DNA of 63,862 nucleotides, filler included, from Octopus bimaculoides (taxonomy: Eukaryota), in NCBI RefSeq assembly GCF_001194135.2. It is 5 parts of 5 records of this genome, joined end to end, with 100 filler letters (N's around TTAATTAATTAA, not from the genome) between each part and the next. Parts side by side here need not be neighbours in the genome. Positions count along the whole stretch, not along the records: positions 34,251 to 56,819 come from NC_068985.1; positions 56,920 to 61,150 come from NW_026358540.1; positions 61,251 to 63,862 come from NC_068981.1; 2 more parts are not named here. One strand, 5' to 3'. Below are positions 52,278-63,686 of the stretch, in pieces; the first letter of the stretch is position 1; each line of letters starts with the position of its first letter. Position numbers and translations under genes: made by a program. A model generated the notes under the pieces. It had not been told where the DNA came from. It was given only the letters and a program-made list of their open reading frames with translations, and did not search any database.

Positions 52278-53330
52278 GAAGGATTGATATAAGCCACCTT
52301 AGATGATCCTTACACTTAGCAAGGAGCTTTCTTGCTTGGGTCTCTCTGTTTCAGAAATAAGGTAAGGTTAGTAATGTTAGACACAAATGTCTTGATCAGA
52401 CACCAACTCCAGTTGTAGGTTTAATGAATATCTGTTGAGTCCAAGTTGAGTTCATTCCCTGTTGTAGACACACTTCACATACAAAGATGAAACCATAGAA
52501 TGGTGTTACTTGTTTAGTTACTTATTTGGCCTGAGCATAAAACAGGTAGAACTGGTTTACATGATAACCGATGGCAGATAATTTTTTTTTGCTCGGTTTG
52601 CAAGGTTCCAAATATAAACTTGTGTGTTGAAACAGGTTTTGTTGTGTTTCAGGAGGGTTTTACTAGGCCAGTAATAAATACATGTGCTGGTTCAATTTTA
52701 TATCTTTATTATTCGTCATTTACTTAACCATTTAACAAGTTAACCATTTGATTGTTTGATTAATCATTCAGTTAATCAGACAGCCAGTTGTGTTTCTCAA
52801 AGTCTTTTTCTTGCCATTTATGATCCCTTCAGTGACATGCTCTCTCTCTACTCCAAGTCAGCTTCTGGTTTGTCTGTCTTTTAGTTTTAGATTCAATATT
52901 TATGCATATCAGTGGGAATGTATGTAAAAAGGGAAGAGAGAGAGAATATGAGAGTATGTGTGTGTGTGCGTGCAGGTGCATTTGTATGCATGAATGTACA
53001 TTCTGATGTGTGTGTGTGCATTCTGGTGTGTGTGTGTGTGCATATGCAAGTTTGTGTACTGTAGTTGGTGTTGTGAACATGTGCATTAGAGAGGACGTGT
53101 GTGTATATGTATACGTGTGTACATGTATGAGTGTGAGTGGTTAAAAGTTTAGTTCTCTGTATCATTTATTTGTAGGTCCTGTCTTTTTGACTGGACAGCA
53201 TTTGCAGGTATGTGCTTATACAATGTTACTTGTTAATGAGATTTTTATCTCTCTTGACTCACAATCTCCCAAAATATGGAATATAATTTCTGTTTATGAA
53301 ATCATTTTAAATTAAATTAAAGCATCATAC

Positions 53331-53449
53331 AGATATTTGTCCTCCTCTTGTTTGTTGTCAACACGTTTTGGCTGATATACCCTCCAGCCTTCATCAGGTG
53401 TCTTTGGGAAATTTCGAACCTGGGTTCTCATTCCTAAGGTATTTTTCGA

Positions 53450-53493
<44 letters not shown>

Positions 53494-53685
53494 TCACTGC
53501 CTGGAATCGAACTCGGAATCTTGGGGTTTAGTAGCCTGCGTTCTTAACACTGTGCCATATGCCCACAGGCATATGGCGTAGTGGTTAAGAGTGCAGGCTA
53601 CTAAACCCCAAGATTCTGAGTTCGATTCCAGGCAGTGACCTGAATAATAATAATAATAATAATAATAACAACAACATCGAAAAAT
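53331..53685. mobile_element. Palindromic tRNA-head / (TAA)n / hammerhead element (Penelope-type non-autonomous SINE-like)
   Basis: Inverted repeat 53441-53563 / 53568-53685 with a 4-nt loop (CACA). Each arm is a tRNA-like head (A box TGGCGTAGTGG, B box GAGTTCGATTCC) plus (TAA)n. The left arm continues into a linker and a degenerate hammerhead (CTGATGA on minus at 53391-53397). Confidence 0.75.
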
Positions 53686-53860
53686 GTGGCACCTCTAGGT
53701 GACTACTGTACCAGTGATTGTAGGATCTCTAGGAATGATGAAAAAAGGTACTGAAACCTATTTGAAAATGATACCAGGCTTACCATCCCTACAAGAAGTG
53801 CAAAAAATCGTGCTAACTGGAACGACTCATGTACTGAGAAGAGCATTATTGCTGTGAAAA
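53686..53860 (+). mobile_element. R4/Dong C-terminal fragment
   Basis: TVPVIVGSLGMMKKG...IPGLPSLQEVQKIVLTGTTHVLRRAL*. Confidence 0.8.
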
Positions 53861-54654
53861 CAACATCCATTCATTAATTAAAAAAAAATCTTTTTTTAAA
53901 AATACTTATTTTATCTGTGAATTTGCATGTGTAAACTGGGAATGCATACAATGAGTTTCTCTGCCCCAGGTGTACGGAAAACACTCGGCGAGAAATGGAA
54001 GAAAATTTGAAGAAAGAAGAAAAAAAACAACATAATAATAACTGATGAAGAAAACAGAAGACAGATTTGGTACTAGTCTTTTATTCAGTATGATGATCAT
54101 TTTGACCCTTTCTGCAGCTGTTCTTTATGGGTGGGATGTTGTGCATCCAATTCTGTCGGATCAATCATTACAGTCTGGGTCACATCAGGTACATACATAC
54201 ATAAAGTAGTGTACTGTTAAACATATTGAGTTCTTGCAGGCATGCTGTTGTTTACCTGTTGTATCCTGGCTACAACCAGTGAATGGGGCTAGGTACAATT
54301 GTCCTTAAATATTTGATAACCATAACGAAATAATCATAAACATAAAAATATAAACTGTAAAAAAATATAAAAAATAGAGAGAGGGTAAGACATGTTAAAG
54401 AAAGATTAGATTACATTAAGTTTAAATATGCCTGCGTGTCTCTTCATGTTAGCAGATCTAGACTCCCTCTCTATAGACAAAGTGGCAGTATTACCTTGTA
54501 TTTGTATATGTCAAGGACATTTGGAAAAAAATGTAGTTGGAGAAGCAGTAGTTTTGCAACTTTGTCATGTTTTCTTTTCCTTTTGTTGTTTACGTTGTAC
54601 CTTCTTGCATTGTTCCAGCCTTACATAACAACCTTGCAGATTTTTGGCGATTTT

Positions 54655-54830
54655 TTTTCCTCCTCTTCCTTCTTCCCTTTGGACATTCCTGTTTTGCCTG
54701 GTTCTGAAGAAAAACTATACTTGAAACGTAAAACAACTACTCTTTTCTTTCTCTGAGCGTCGTATTAATACATTGCCTGTGCTACACCTTTTTGTTTTTT
54801 CTTTTCCTTTTCCTCTGTTCTTTTAATTAA
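54655..54830 (+). mobile_element. Penelope-like terminal repeat fragment with minimal hammerhead motif
   Basis: GGTT-CTGAAGA-A-AAAC-TAT-ACTT-GAAA-CG-TA-AAAC (54700-54734). Core intact, stem II eroded. The upstream context TCTTCCCTT..TTGGAC is shared with 33560. Confidence 0.55.
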
Positions 54831-54832
54831 TC

Positions 54833-54866
<34 letters not shown>

Positions 54867-55199
54867 ATATATATCTCATCTAATATAGGATAAAATTTTC
54901 AAAAAATTTTATCAGTGGCCAGCATATTAAAAATACCTTTTAAGGTGAAAATTATAAGCAACTTATAAAGAAAGGCAAAAGAAAAAACATTCCAATGCTA
55001 AATATGCCGAGAATAGACTTTGAATAGTCAATAAGCACATATAATTCATTCCTATAAGCACACGTCTCAAAGCAAGCTGACAGAAATTTCTAAAAAATTC
55101 TGTTATTCCGTTATTATCACAGAATTTTTTAGAAGCAGGGTTTTTAGTGTCCAATGAAGTAAAGATACGAATTAGTGAACTGTCTACACTTCAGACAGA

Positions 55200-55640
55200 G
55201 GTCACAGATTATGCTCTCACTTGCCTTGCCGGGTCTTCTCACGTACTGCATATTTCCAAAGGTCCCAGTCACTGGTCATTGCCTTGGTGAGGCTTAAAGT
55301 TCGAAGGTCGTGCTTCACCACCTCAGCCCAGGTCTTCCTGGGTCTACCTCTACCACAGGTTCCCTCAGCCGCTAGGCTGTGGCACTTTTTCACACAGCTA
55401 TCCTCATCCATTCTCACCACGTGACCATACCAGCACAATCGTCTCTCTTGCACACCACAGCTGANNNNNNNNNNAGCACAATCGTCTCTCTTGCACACCA
55501 CAGCTGATGCTTCTTAGGTCCAACTTTTCTCTCAAGGTACTTACACTCTGTCGAGTATGCACACTGATATTACACATCGATTGAAGCATACTGGCTTCAT
55601 TCCTTTCGAGCTTACGCATGTCCTCAGCAATCACAGCCCA
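55200..55640 (-). mobile_element. RTE-clade LINE 3' ORF fragment
   Basis: RRLCWYGHVVRMDEDSCVKKC...GRGRPRKTWAEVVKHDL. Confidence 0.9.
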
Positions 55641-56587
55641 TTCTATTTGTATTTTATTAGAATCTATATTTTACCTTCTGTGATTTTATGTATATGTACT
55701 ATTATCATTTTTTTAATGTGTTTGTAGACCATGGATTTTTTTAATATATGATTAAATGTTTGAGGAGTGGTGTTGTATATAAAGTCATTGACCCAAATTA
55801 TCCTCATCCTTAACAATGCATTTATATATTGCATTAATAATTAAACAGAAACCATCAAAGGATTAGGTTGATCTGCCCATGATACACCCTTGTTATTGAT
55901 TTGTTCATCAATAAAAAACATGCCTAAAACGTCTGTGATTGAGTTGTCTGTCTATAAAAAAACATGCCTAAAACATGTGTTATTATTCTTACTACACCTC
56001 ATTTAGAACCTTCGTATGCATTGGATTTTGAGCCAGCAATGGACTGTGGACTGCATGCCAGAGTATATTGTAGTGTGCCTTTACATATTCACTCTGTATT
56101 TGGTCTATACTCATGAATGCATCCATAACTGAAAGAACAAATCTGTATTTACTTTAGTAAGTACGTGAGTGTCCATACAAACTGTTAGTGCACAGGTATG
56201 CTAACCAAAACTCTACCTTGGTGATTTTGCTATTAAAATACTGTGATTTTAATGGATCCTGAAAATTTTCATTCACTCATGAAGATGAATTAAATCTGAA
56301 ATCAGCACTGATATGATTCCATCTCTCTTGTTGCAGGGAGGGAGCCTGTTTCCTTTGCCAGTCATTAAGGAAGTGCTCTCATGTGGCTAAGAGTTGTTTC
56401 GACTCTTTATTTCTAGCACTGTCAGTGCTTGCTAGCGTCCTCCATCACTTTAGTGACTACTATACTTGTTACCTTTAGGTTCAGAATTGCAAATAGCCAA
56501 CTTAATAATTTGTGTGTGTAGAGAGAGAGAGAGAAAGAGAAGTTTGGTGATACAAGGAGGAATAACAGAACTCAAACATGCAAATGT

Positions 56588-56819
56588 ATCATCATCATCA
56601 TCATCATCGTTTAACGTCCGCTTTCCATGCTAGTATGGGTTGGACGATTTGACTGAGGACTGGTGCAACTGGATGGCTACACCAGGCTCCAATCTAATTT
56701 GGCAGAGTGTCTACAGCTGGATGCCCATCCTAACGCCAACCACTCAGAGAGTGTAGTGGGTGCTTTTACGTGTCACCCGCACGAAAACGGCCACGCTCGA
56801 AATGGTGTCTTTTATGTGC
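56588..56819 (-). mobile_element. RTE 3' UTR/tail
   Basis: Near-identical to 48488-48725, with a (CAT)n start on the + strand. Confidence 0.85.
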
Positions 56820-58052
56820 NNNNNNNNNNNNNNNNNNNNNNNNNNNNNNNNNNNNNNNNNNNNTTAATTAATTAANNNNNNNNNNNNNNNNNNNNNNNNN
56901 NNNNNNNNNNNNNNNNNNNGTTGGAGGGGATGAGGGAGGTAATACAATTGTACTCAGTACCTAGTAGCAATTAATTTCATCTTCCAACTTTGAGTTCAAA
57001 TCCAGTGAAGGTAAATGTTACTTTTTGTCTCAGAGTTTATAGAATAAAACCAGGTTTATACTGGAATTGTGTTAATCAAATGTACCCTTCCCGACAAATT
57101 TGTAGTATTGCCTTAATATGAGAAATTACTACTGTTCTTGTTTAATTCTAGGTTAGCCCTGATACAGCAGAACTATTTTTGAATATGATTCAGGTGTAAG
57201 CATTCTGCCTTCTTTTTAAGATAGTGTCTAGGATTACGCTGTTTAGTGCATCTTTCCCTTTTTAAAACAGTAAAGTATGATTTAAGGGAGATATGGTTGT
57301 TACTTTTAGAATATTGAATGANNNNNNNNNNNNNNNNNNNNNNNNNNNNNNNNNNNNNNNNNNNNNNNNNNNNNNNNNNNNNNNNNNNNNNNNNNNNNNN
57401 NNNNNNNNNNNNNNNNNNNNNNNNNNNNNNNNNNNNNNNNNNNNNNNNNNNNNNNNNNNNNNNNNNNNNNNNNNNNNNNNNNNNNNNNNNNNNNNNNNNN
57501 NNNNNNNNNNNNNNNNNNNNNNNNNNNNNNNNNNNNNNNNNNNNNNNNNTACTAAACAGTACTTAACTCCATTCCTCAATTCTGAGTTCACAACCAACAA
57601 GTCCCACTCAAATTTTCAAACCTCTGGTAAAATAACTGGTATGTTCTCAAGTCAATTTCTTTGACTCAACAAAGTCATCCTATATTAGTCATAGGATGAC
57701 AATACTCATGACTTTTGTATTTTAGTCAGTATCATCACCACCAGCCCATCTTATTTTGACTCAACAAAAAAGCCTCTTTATGTTCACAAGATCTGCTAGA
57801 AATATCAGCCAACTCTCTCAAATCTAACCCAACCATTTCAAATAAAAGGTGACATAGGACAAAACGGTTATAGAATTATGTTGACTGATTAAAAGATGGA
57901 TGGTCATGGCTGAAACAGCTTAACTCATATGTCTGTTCCTTATTTTAACAGTACATCCTATCAATAACCAAAATATTTATCAGTGTAGCTATATTTATTG
58001 AACTACAAGTAATGAAGGAAAGACTAAAATCAAAAATAGTTTCAGATACTAC

Positions 58053-58207
58053 CTGACGTTTTGGTCCTCTTCAATAACAGTTTGTAGTTTATGGAGGAGG
58101 TCGATAAACTGTGACAAACCCTTCACATGCATTCTTAGATGGCTGGTAGGGTCAGGAGCATAGCCCTTACCTCCAAGTCTCAGCTTCATTATAAACGAAA
58201 CAGCTTG
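58053..58207 (-). CDS. PARPBP: PCNA-interacting partner PARI, internal coding exon
   Basis: Minus strand: pyrimidine-rich acceptor ...TTTTCTACATAG, 155-nt open exon [51 protein letters not shown], donor AG|GTAGTA. Matches human PARPBP [47 protein letters not shown] as recalled. Confidence 0.9.
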
Positions 58208-59893
58208 CTATGTAGAAAAGAAACAAGTAAACAATATTGATTGGAATAACAGGAAGCAATTATAGTGATGTTAAAAGGAAGAACAATAGTAGTTTAACCC
58301 TTTCATTATCAACTTGTTCAAAGCAGCCTGAAATTTTCTACAGTCCTGATACAACCTGTAATTACCTATTCATATTTAAATGAGAATATCGACATAATTA
58401 CTACATTAGTGCTAATTCATGATTTCAATGAATACCGCCTGGCATTGTATAATGCAAAATTTGTGTTCTACAAATTTTTTGGCAATTTTTTCCACATCAT
58501 AAACTTTTCTATAACTTTGTGTACTTGGAATAATGGATATCTGCATTACATTCAGATGAGGAACATTATAGTTCCTTATTTGAAAATAAAACCCCCCTCT
58601 ACCCATTACCCAACCAAAACAAAAGAATTCCTTCCATTCTGTATTATTTTTGGCTATTTATAGTAAGCGTTTATATCCCATAAATAGAACATCAAATAAA
58701 AAAAAAAGGTTTGTAATTTGAACACTACTACTACAATGGGAAACAAAGTCAGCAAGGCCTTAGTATTCTCTGAAAATTAATGCTTCCATATCATAAATAA
58801 AGTTGTATTTTATTTTGTGACCAGTATTTCAGTTCTCTTAAACTTGTGGCAGACTCACAAGTTGTGGCAACATAAATATATTCTACATGGAGTACAAATA
58901 CAAAAATGTTGTCATTGAATATAAAAAAGCAAAATTAAAAATTGGGAAAATCCAGAGGCAGAAATGAAATTTTTTTTTTGTGCCTGCATAAAGAGACAAG
59001 TAAATTAATTTTCCATTCACTTGTTCTCAACCAAATGTGGATGAAAAATGGAGACAGCATTTATAAATAAATGTTGCTTACAACAGCGACATGGTTGGTG
59101 TAAATCNNNNNNNNNNNNNGACATGCTATTACAAGGTTGGTAGACCAGGTTATTAGTAGTGGCAAAACCATTTTGGTACATAGTAATTGAATATTGTGAA
59201 TGCTTTTTTACTACATACCAAATTGCCCAAAAGCAACATGACCATCTTTTGGGAGAAAGGAAAATGTTTGCCAGAAGGATATTCCTCTGAATTTGGCTAA
59301 TCTCCATTACTACTACTACTACNNNNNNNNNNNNNNNNNNNNNNNNNNNNNNNNNNNNNNNNNNNNNNNNNNNNNNNNNNNNNNNNNTGTGCCAAGAATG
59401 CCAACACAAAAAAAGAAAGTTCTTAGCAGACAATCAATTGAAATGTCCTTTTCTGCAAGATGAAACTAAACGGAGTGGGCCGCTTTACAACTTGACACAA
59501 AAAAGAATGTATCTATACTTTTGTTATATAAAATATTATCAAATTTACCTTGTTTTAAATTTTCAATCTTTTGTAATTCTAATTGAGTTGTTAGGTGTGT
59601 CCAAATACTACCTAATTATAATAGTGAATCCCTTCTTCAATGCTTTATGTATCTAATTATGTATGTGTGTATAAATTTGTTTGNNNNNNNNNNCTTCAAT
59701 GCTTTATGTATCTAATTATGTATGTGTGTATAAATTTGTTTGAACCTTCAGTTTTCTTCAAACATTTCAACAAATTCCTATTTTTTAAGTTGTTTAACCT
59801 TTGGGGCAATTATATTTATGANNNNNNNNNNNNNNNNNNNNNNNATTTCAGACAGACAGATATACAAGGAGATGAAACAATAAGTTAGTTTAC

Positions 59894-59960
59894 CTGATAC
59901 ATAGGCAATTCACTTTTCTTGGCTTCACGTTTCAGGTCAGTAAAAGCCTGATGGTCAAGT
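59894..59960 (-). CDS. PARPBP: PARI coding exon, 5' end lost in N gap
   Basis: Minus strand LDHQAFTDLKREAKKSELPMYQ then CAG|GTAAAC donor. Matches human GLGREAFTDLKHAAREKQMSIFL. Phase 0 joins in frame to the 58207 exon. Confidence 0.85.
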
Positions 59961-60974
59961 NNNNNNNNNNNNNNNNNNNNNNNNNNNNNNNNNNNNNNNN
60001 NNNNNNNNNNNNNNNNNNNNNNNNNNNNNNNNNNNNNNNNNNNNNNNNNNNNNNNNNNNNNNNNNNNNNNNNNNNNNNNNNNNNNNNNNNNNNNNNNNNN
60101 NNNNNNNNNNNNNNNNNNNNNNNNNNNNNNNNNNNNNNNNNNNNNNNNNNNNNNNNNNNNNNNNNNNNNNNNNNNNNNNNNNNNNNNNNNNNNNNNNNNN
60201 NNNNNNNNNNNNNNNNNNNNNNNNNNNNNNNNNNNNNNNNNNNNNNNNNNNNNNNNNNNNNNNNNNNNNNNNNNNNNNNNNNNNNNNNNNNNNNNNNNNN
60301 NNNNNNNNNNNNNNNNNNNNNNNNNNNNNNNNNNNNNNNNNNNNNNNNNNNNNNNNNNNNNNNNNNNNNNNNNNNNNNNNNNNNNNNNNNNNNNNNNNNN
60401 NNNNNNNNNNNNNNNNNNNNNNNNNNNNNNNNNNNNNNNNNNNNNNNNNNNNNNNNNNNNNNNNNNNNNNNNNNNNNNNNNNNNNNNNNNNNNNNNNNNN
60501 NNNNNNNNNNNNNNNNNNNNNNNNNNNNNNNNNNNNNNNNNNNNNNNNNNNNNNNNNNNNNNNNNNNNNNNNNNNNNNNNNNNNNNNNNNNNNNNNNNNN
60601 NNNNNNNNNNNNNNNNNNNNNNNNNNNNNNNNNNNNNNNNNNNNNNNNNNNNNNNNNNNNNNNNNNNNNNNNNNNNNNNNNNNNNNNNNNNNNNNNNNNN
60701 NNNNNNNNNNNNNNNNNNNNNNNNNNNNNNNNNNNNNNNNNNNNNNNNNTTTTTTTTTTAAAGACTTTTCCACCGTTCACTTCCTGTGCCTATTCTATGT
60801 ACTGTTCATGCAGTTTCAGTTACTTTTTCTGATGAGCTGTAGTGCATCTAGCACTGTATACAATAAGTTCATTATATATAAATACTCCAAGGTATTTTGT
60901 CTCACACTACCAATTCAATCATCTACTGCACAGGCAAAATTATGATGACAAAAATATAAACTTTTATTAATTAC

Positions 60975-61150
60975 ATGTGTGGATGACAATTTACTGGACA
61001 CAGCTTTTGGGGTTCTAACAGGGAGTTTGTCCTCACAAAGAACAGGTGCAGATGCCACTTGATTGTAATGGAACTTCACATCTTTAGAAGCATCAATAAG
61101 GGAATTTTCACTGACAATCTCAAGGATTTTCCTTGTGGAACAGAGAAACT
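60975..61150 (-). CDS. PARPBP: Probable upstream PARI coding exon, 5' end in gap
   Basis: 58 open codons FLCSTRKILEIVSENSLIDASKDVKFHYNQVASAPVLCEDKLPVRTPKAVSSKLSSTH ending at CAT|GTAATT. Same strand and block as the two PARPBP exons. Protein similarity is weak because this is a variable region. Confidence 0.6.
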
Positions 61151-61250
61151 NNNNNNNNNNNNNNNNNNNNNNNNNNNNNNNNNNNNNNNNNNNNTTAATT
61201 AATTAANNNNNNNNNNNNNNNNNNNNNNNNNNNNNNNNNNNNNNNNNNNN

Positions 61251-61322
<72 letters not shown>
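61251..61322. repeat. (TTA)n microsatellite (further runs at 62826-62900, 63020-63047, 63616-63686)
   Basis: Direct. Confidence 0.95.
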
Positions 61323-61323
<1 letters not shown>

Positions 61324-61708
61324 CTTCGTAACACAGTGTTAGGTAAAAATGCACCGGAGTTTTTTGTCATCTGTCAAGTCACAACAAGGACCTCAGACAG
61401 ATAATGCGCTGTGCCCAATACTTAAGATATGAGTCACGCTTTCCACCCTCTTACTACACATTCTGCAGAGGTTCGTTGCACTTGTGTTGTAAATATCTCT
61501 TTTCACCGAGTTGATATTCAATGCCTGATGCTGGGCAGCGATGTGAGAGAGCAGCAGAAGCCATCAAAGTGACACTGGGGTAAAATATACGAAGCTCAGT
61601 ACACCCATCATAACTACCTGTATGATAAGGGTACAGCAAGCACATGCATCACAACCATATGTGCGCGACATGGTCATCTCATATCAAGTAAAACATTGCA
61701 TGACCTTT
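61323..61708 (-). mobile_element. R4/Dong-derived deleted element ending in (TAA)n
   Basis: Minus strand IAAQHQALNINSVKRDIYNTSATNLCRMCSKRVESVTHILS (CCHC region), then 3' UTR and the (TTA)n run at 61251-61322. 61545-61708 is near-identical to 63060-63225. Confidence 0.75.
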
Positions 61709-62828
61709 GTTTGGGGAACTAGTTGGGTAGCAGTTTGGTAAATAGATCATATTCTACTGGTCTATAAATAGATTCGGCAGATGGTAGGGAGGTCAGCCAT
61801 AGAAACAAAGAAATTTTCGAACCATTTTGGTCAGCAGAGGTCAAATCTGTTTGCTACTAACAGTGGCCACCGTCCACTGAGAACGCTGCCTTGAAAAGAA
61901 GCAATTCAACCTGTTCTATTTGTAATTACTGGTAGAAAAACACAATAATAATAATATATATACACACAAATAATAATAATATATATACACACAATAATAA
62001 TAATATATATACACACACACGCGCGCACNNNNNNNNNNCACACACACACATACTGATATTCACGTCGTTGAATTTTTGATTTTCTGAATTCAATTGTGTT
62101 GTGTTGTAAAAGGTGTGTTTATGTATTTGGATAATACATTAAAATTCTTAAGTTTTCTTGAGATGTTCGTTTGTCTATCCAGTTGGAGAAAAAGTAGAAC
62201 TTTTGCAATGAAAAGGATGTTTACATTTTCGAACACTGAGGGAGAGTCGAAAAGAAAAGAAAAGAAATTGTAGATAGAAAAGTTTTAAGATTAACTAAAT
62301 ATGTTCTTTTGTATGACCGTACAGGGAGAAATGGTAGTGTTCTTAGAATAAAAAAGGAGGATGATGTTTACATTTTCGAATACTCAGGGTGAGAGGAAAG
62401 GATAAGTATTCACACAGTAGTCGTAGATATTGATGTTTTTTTCTCTTTTTTAAAGCTGATCGTTTGTGTGTTCGAAAGCTGTCGGTATGTAAGTTTCCTA
62501 ACTTATTTTATTTTGAGGGAGATTTAAAATGTTCACAGGAAATAATAGATATTCCAGTCTTTGGGAATAGTAGGAGGAAGAGATGTTCACTTCGTTGAAT
62601 TCTTGAATTTCTGAATTCTATTTCCTTTTTCTTTTGGAATTTTTCTTTTCTAAACAGTTTTGCTGTGGTTTACAGTTTTTGTAGTTGTGCCGTCTGTATA
62701 TACTGACAGGTGCTTACTTCCTTAATTTTTTTTATCGTGCATTTAATTGTGTTACGATAAAAGGCATGTTTACATATTCTGTTAGCCAGGGAAGAAGGTA
62801 GGACAAAATGTTTACACAAAATTGGAGA

Positions 62829-62898
<70 letters not shown>

Positions 62899-63047
62899 GT
62901 TTATGGTTTCCTTTCATTATAACTTTATTTCAACTGCCTTAGTACCGGGCATCCTTCGGAGGCCAAGAGTAGCAAGGGCACTTTTGCTTTGCTATGCATG
63001 CTAAAATTATCACCATATTTATTATTATTATTATTATTATTATTAGT

Positions 63048-63613
63048 ATTATTGAGTGAGGCAGCAGTAGAAGCCATCAAAGTGACACTGGGGTAAAATA
63101 TACGAAGCTCAGTACACCCATCATGACTACCTGTCTGATACACCAGGCACCAGGCACCAGGCACATGCATCACAACCATATGCACGACATGGTGATCTCA
63201 TATCAAGATAAACATTGCATGACCTTGCAGATAGAGCCCAGTTAGAATTTTCTTCAGGTCGAGTAGCCCATTGCACTCTAAAGGTCCCTGAATAAGGGTT
63301 GTTTAAGGATGTTGAACGAGACAGACATGTTTGCAAAGGTGAATTATCCAAACACCAAAGAACTCCTTTCAACACATGGCTATAATACTCCCTCTCTACT
63401 TCTGCTCGTGATCAGAGCTGCACATATCGTCAGCTACCAAAGGACATGCTCAACTGGTTAAGGTGAAACAACTGACAAGCAACACTGTGGCATTCAGCAG
63501 AATATTTGCTGTAGCCCATCTTTTATACCAAGATAAAACAATGTACATGATGACACTTCTAATCAATTAAGATCAGAAGCCATGAGAGCCATTGCCTGGT
63601 ACTGCATCAGGAC

Positions 63614-63615
<2 letters not shown>
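63048..63615 (-). mobile_element. Non-coding portion of the Dong-like family flanked on both sides by (TTA)n
   Basis: Shares GCCATCAAAGTGACACTGGGGTAAAATATACGAAGCTCAGTACACCCATCAT with 61560. (TTA)n lies at 63020-63047 and 63616-63686. Confidence 0.65.

Positions 63616-63686
<71 letters not shown>

Noticed and set aside
53568-53640. Functional tRNA gene
   Set aside because: A and B boxes are present, but the acceptor stem does not pair and the head sits in a repeated palindrome. The same applies to all SINE heads here.
54118-54188. LYGWDVVHP as the MPND JAMM motif (LVGWYHSHP)
   Set aside because: The first metal-binding His and the flanking conservation are absent, and all three frames are open, so the match is uninformative.
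55433-55506. Direct repeat flanking a 10-N gap (also 59635-59742)
   Set aside because: Typical unmerged contig overlap, an assembly artefact.
55998-56128. Minus-strand open segment as the next PARPBP exon
   Set aside because: Phase does not match the 58053 donor, the donor is weak, there is no recognisable similarity, and it lies across a linker.
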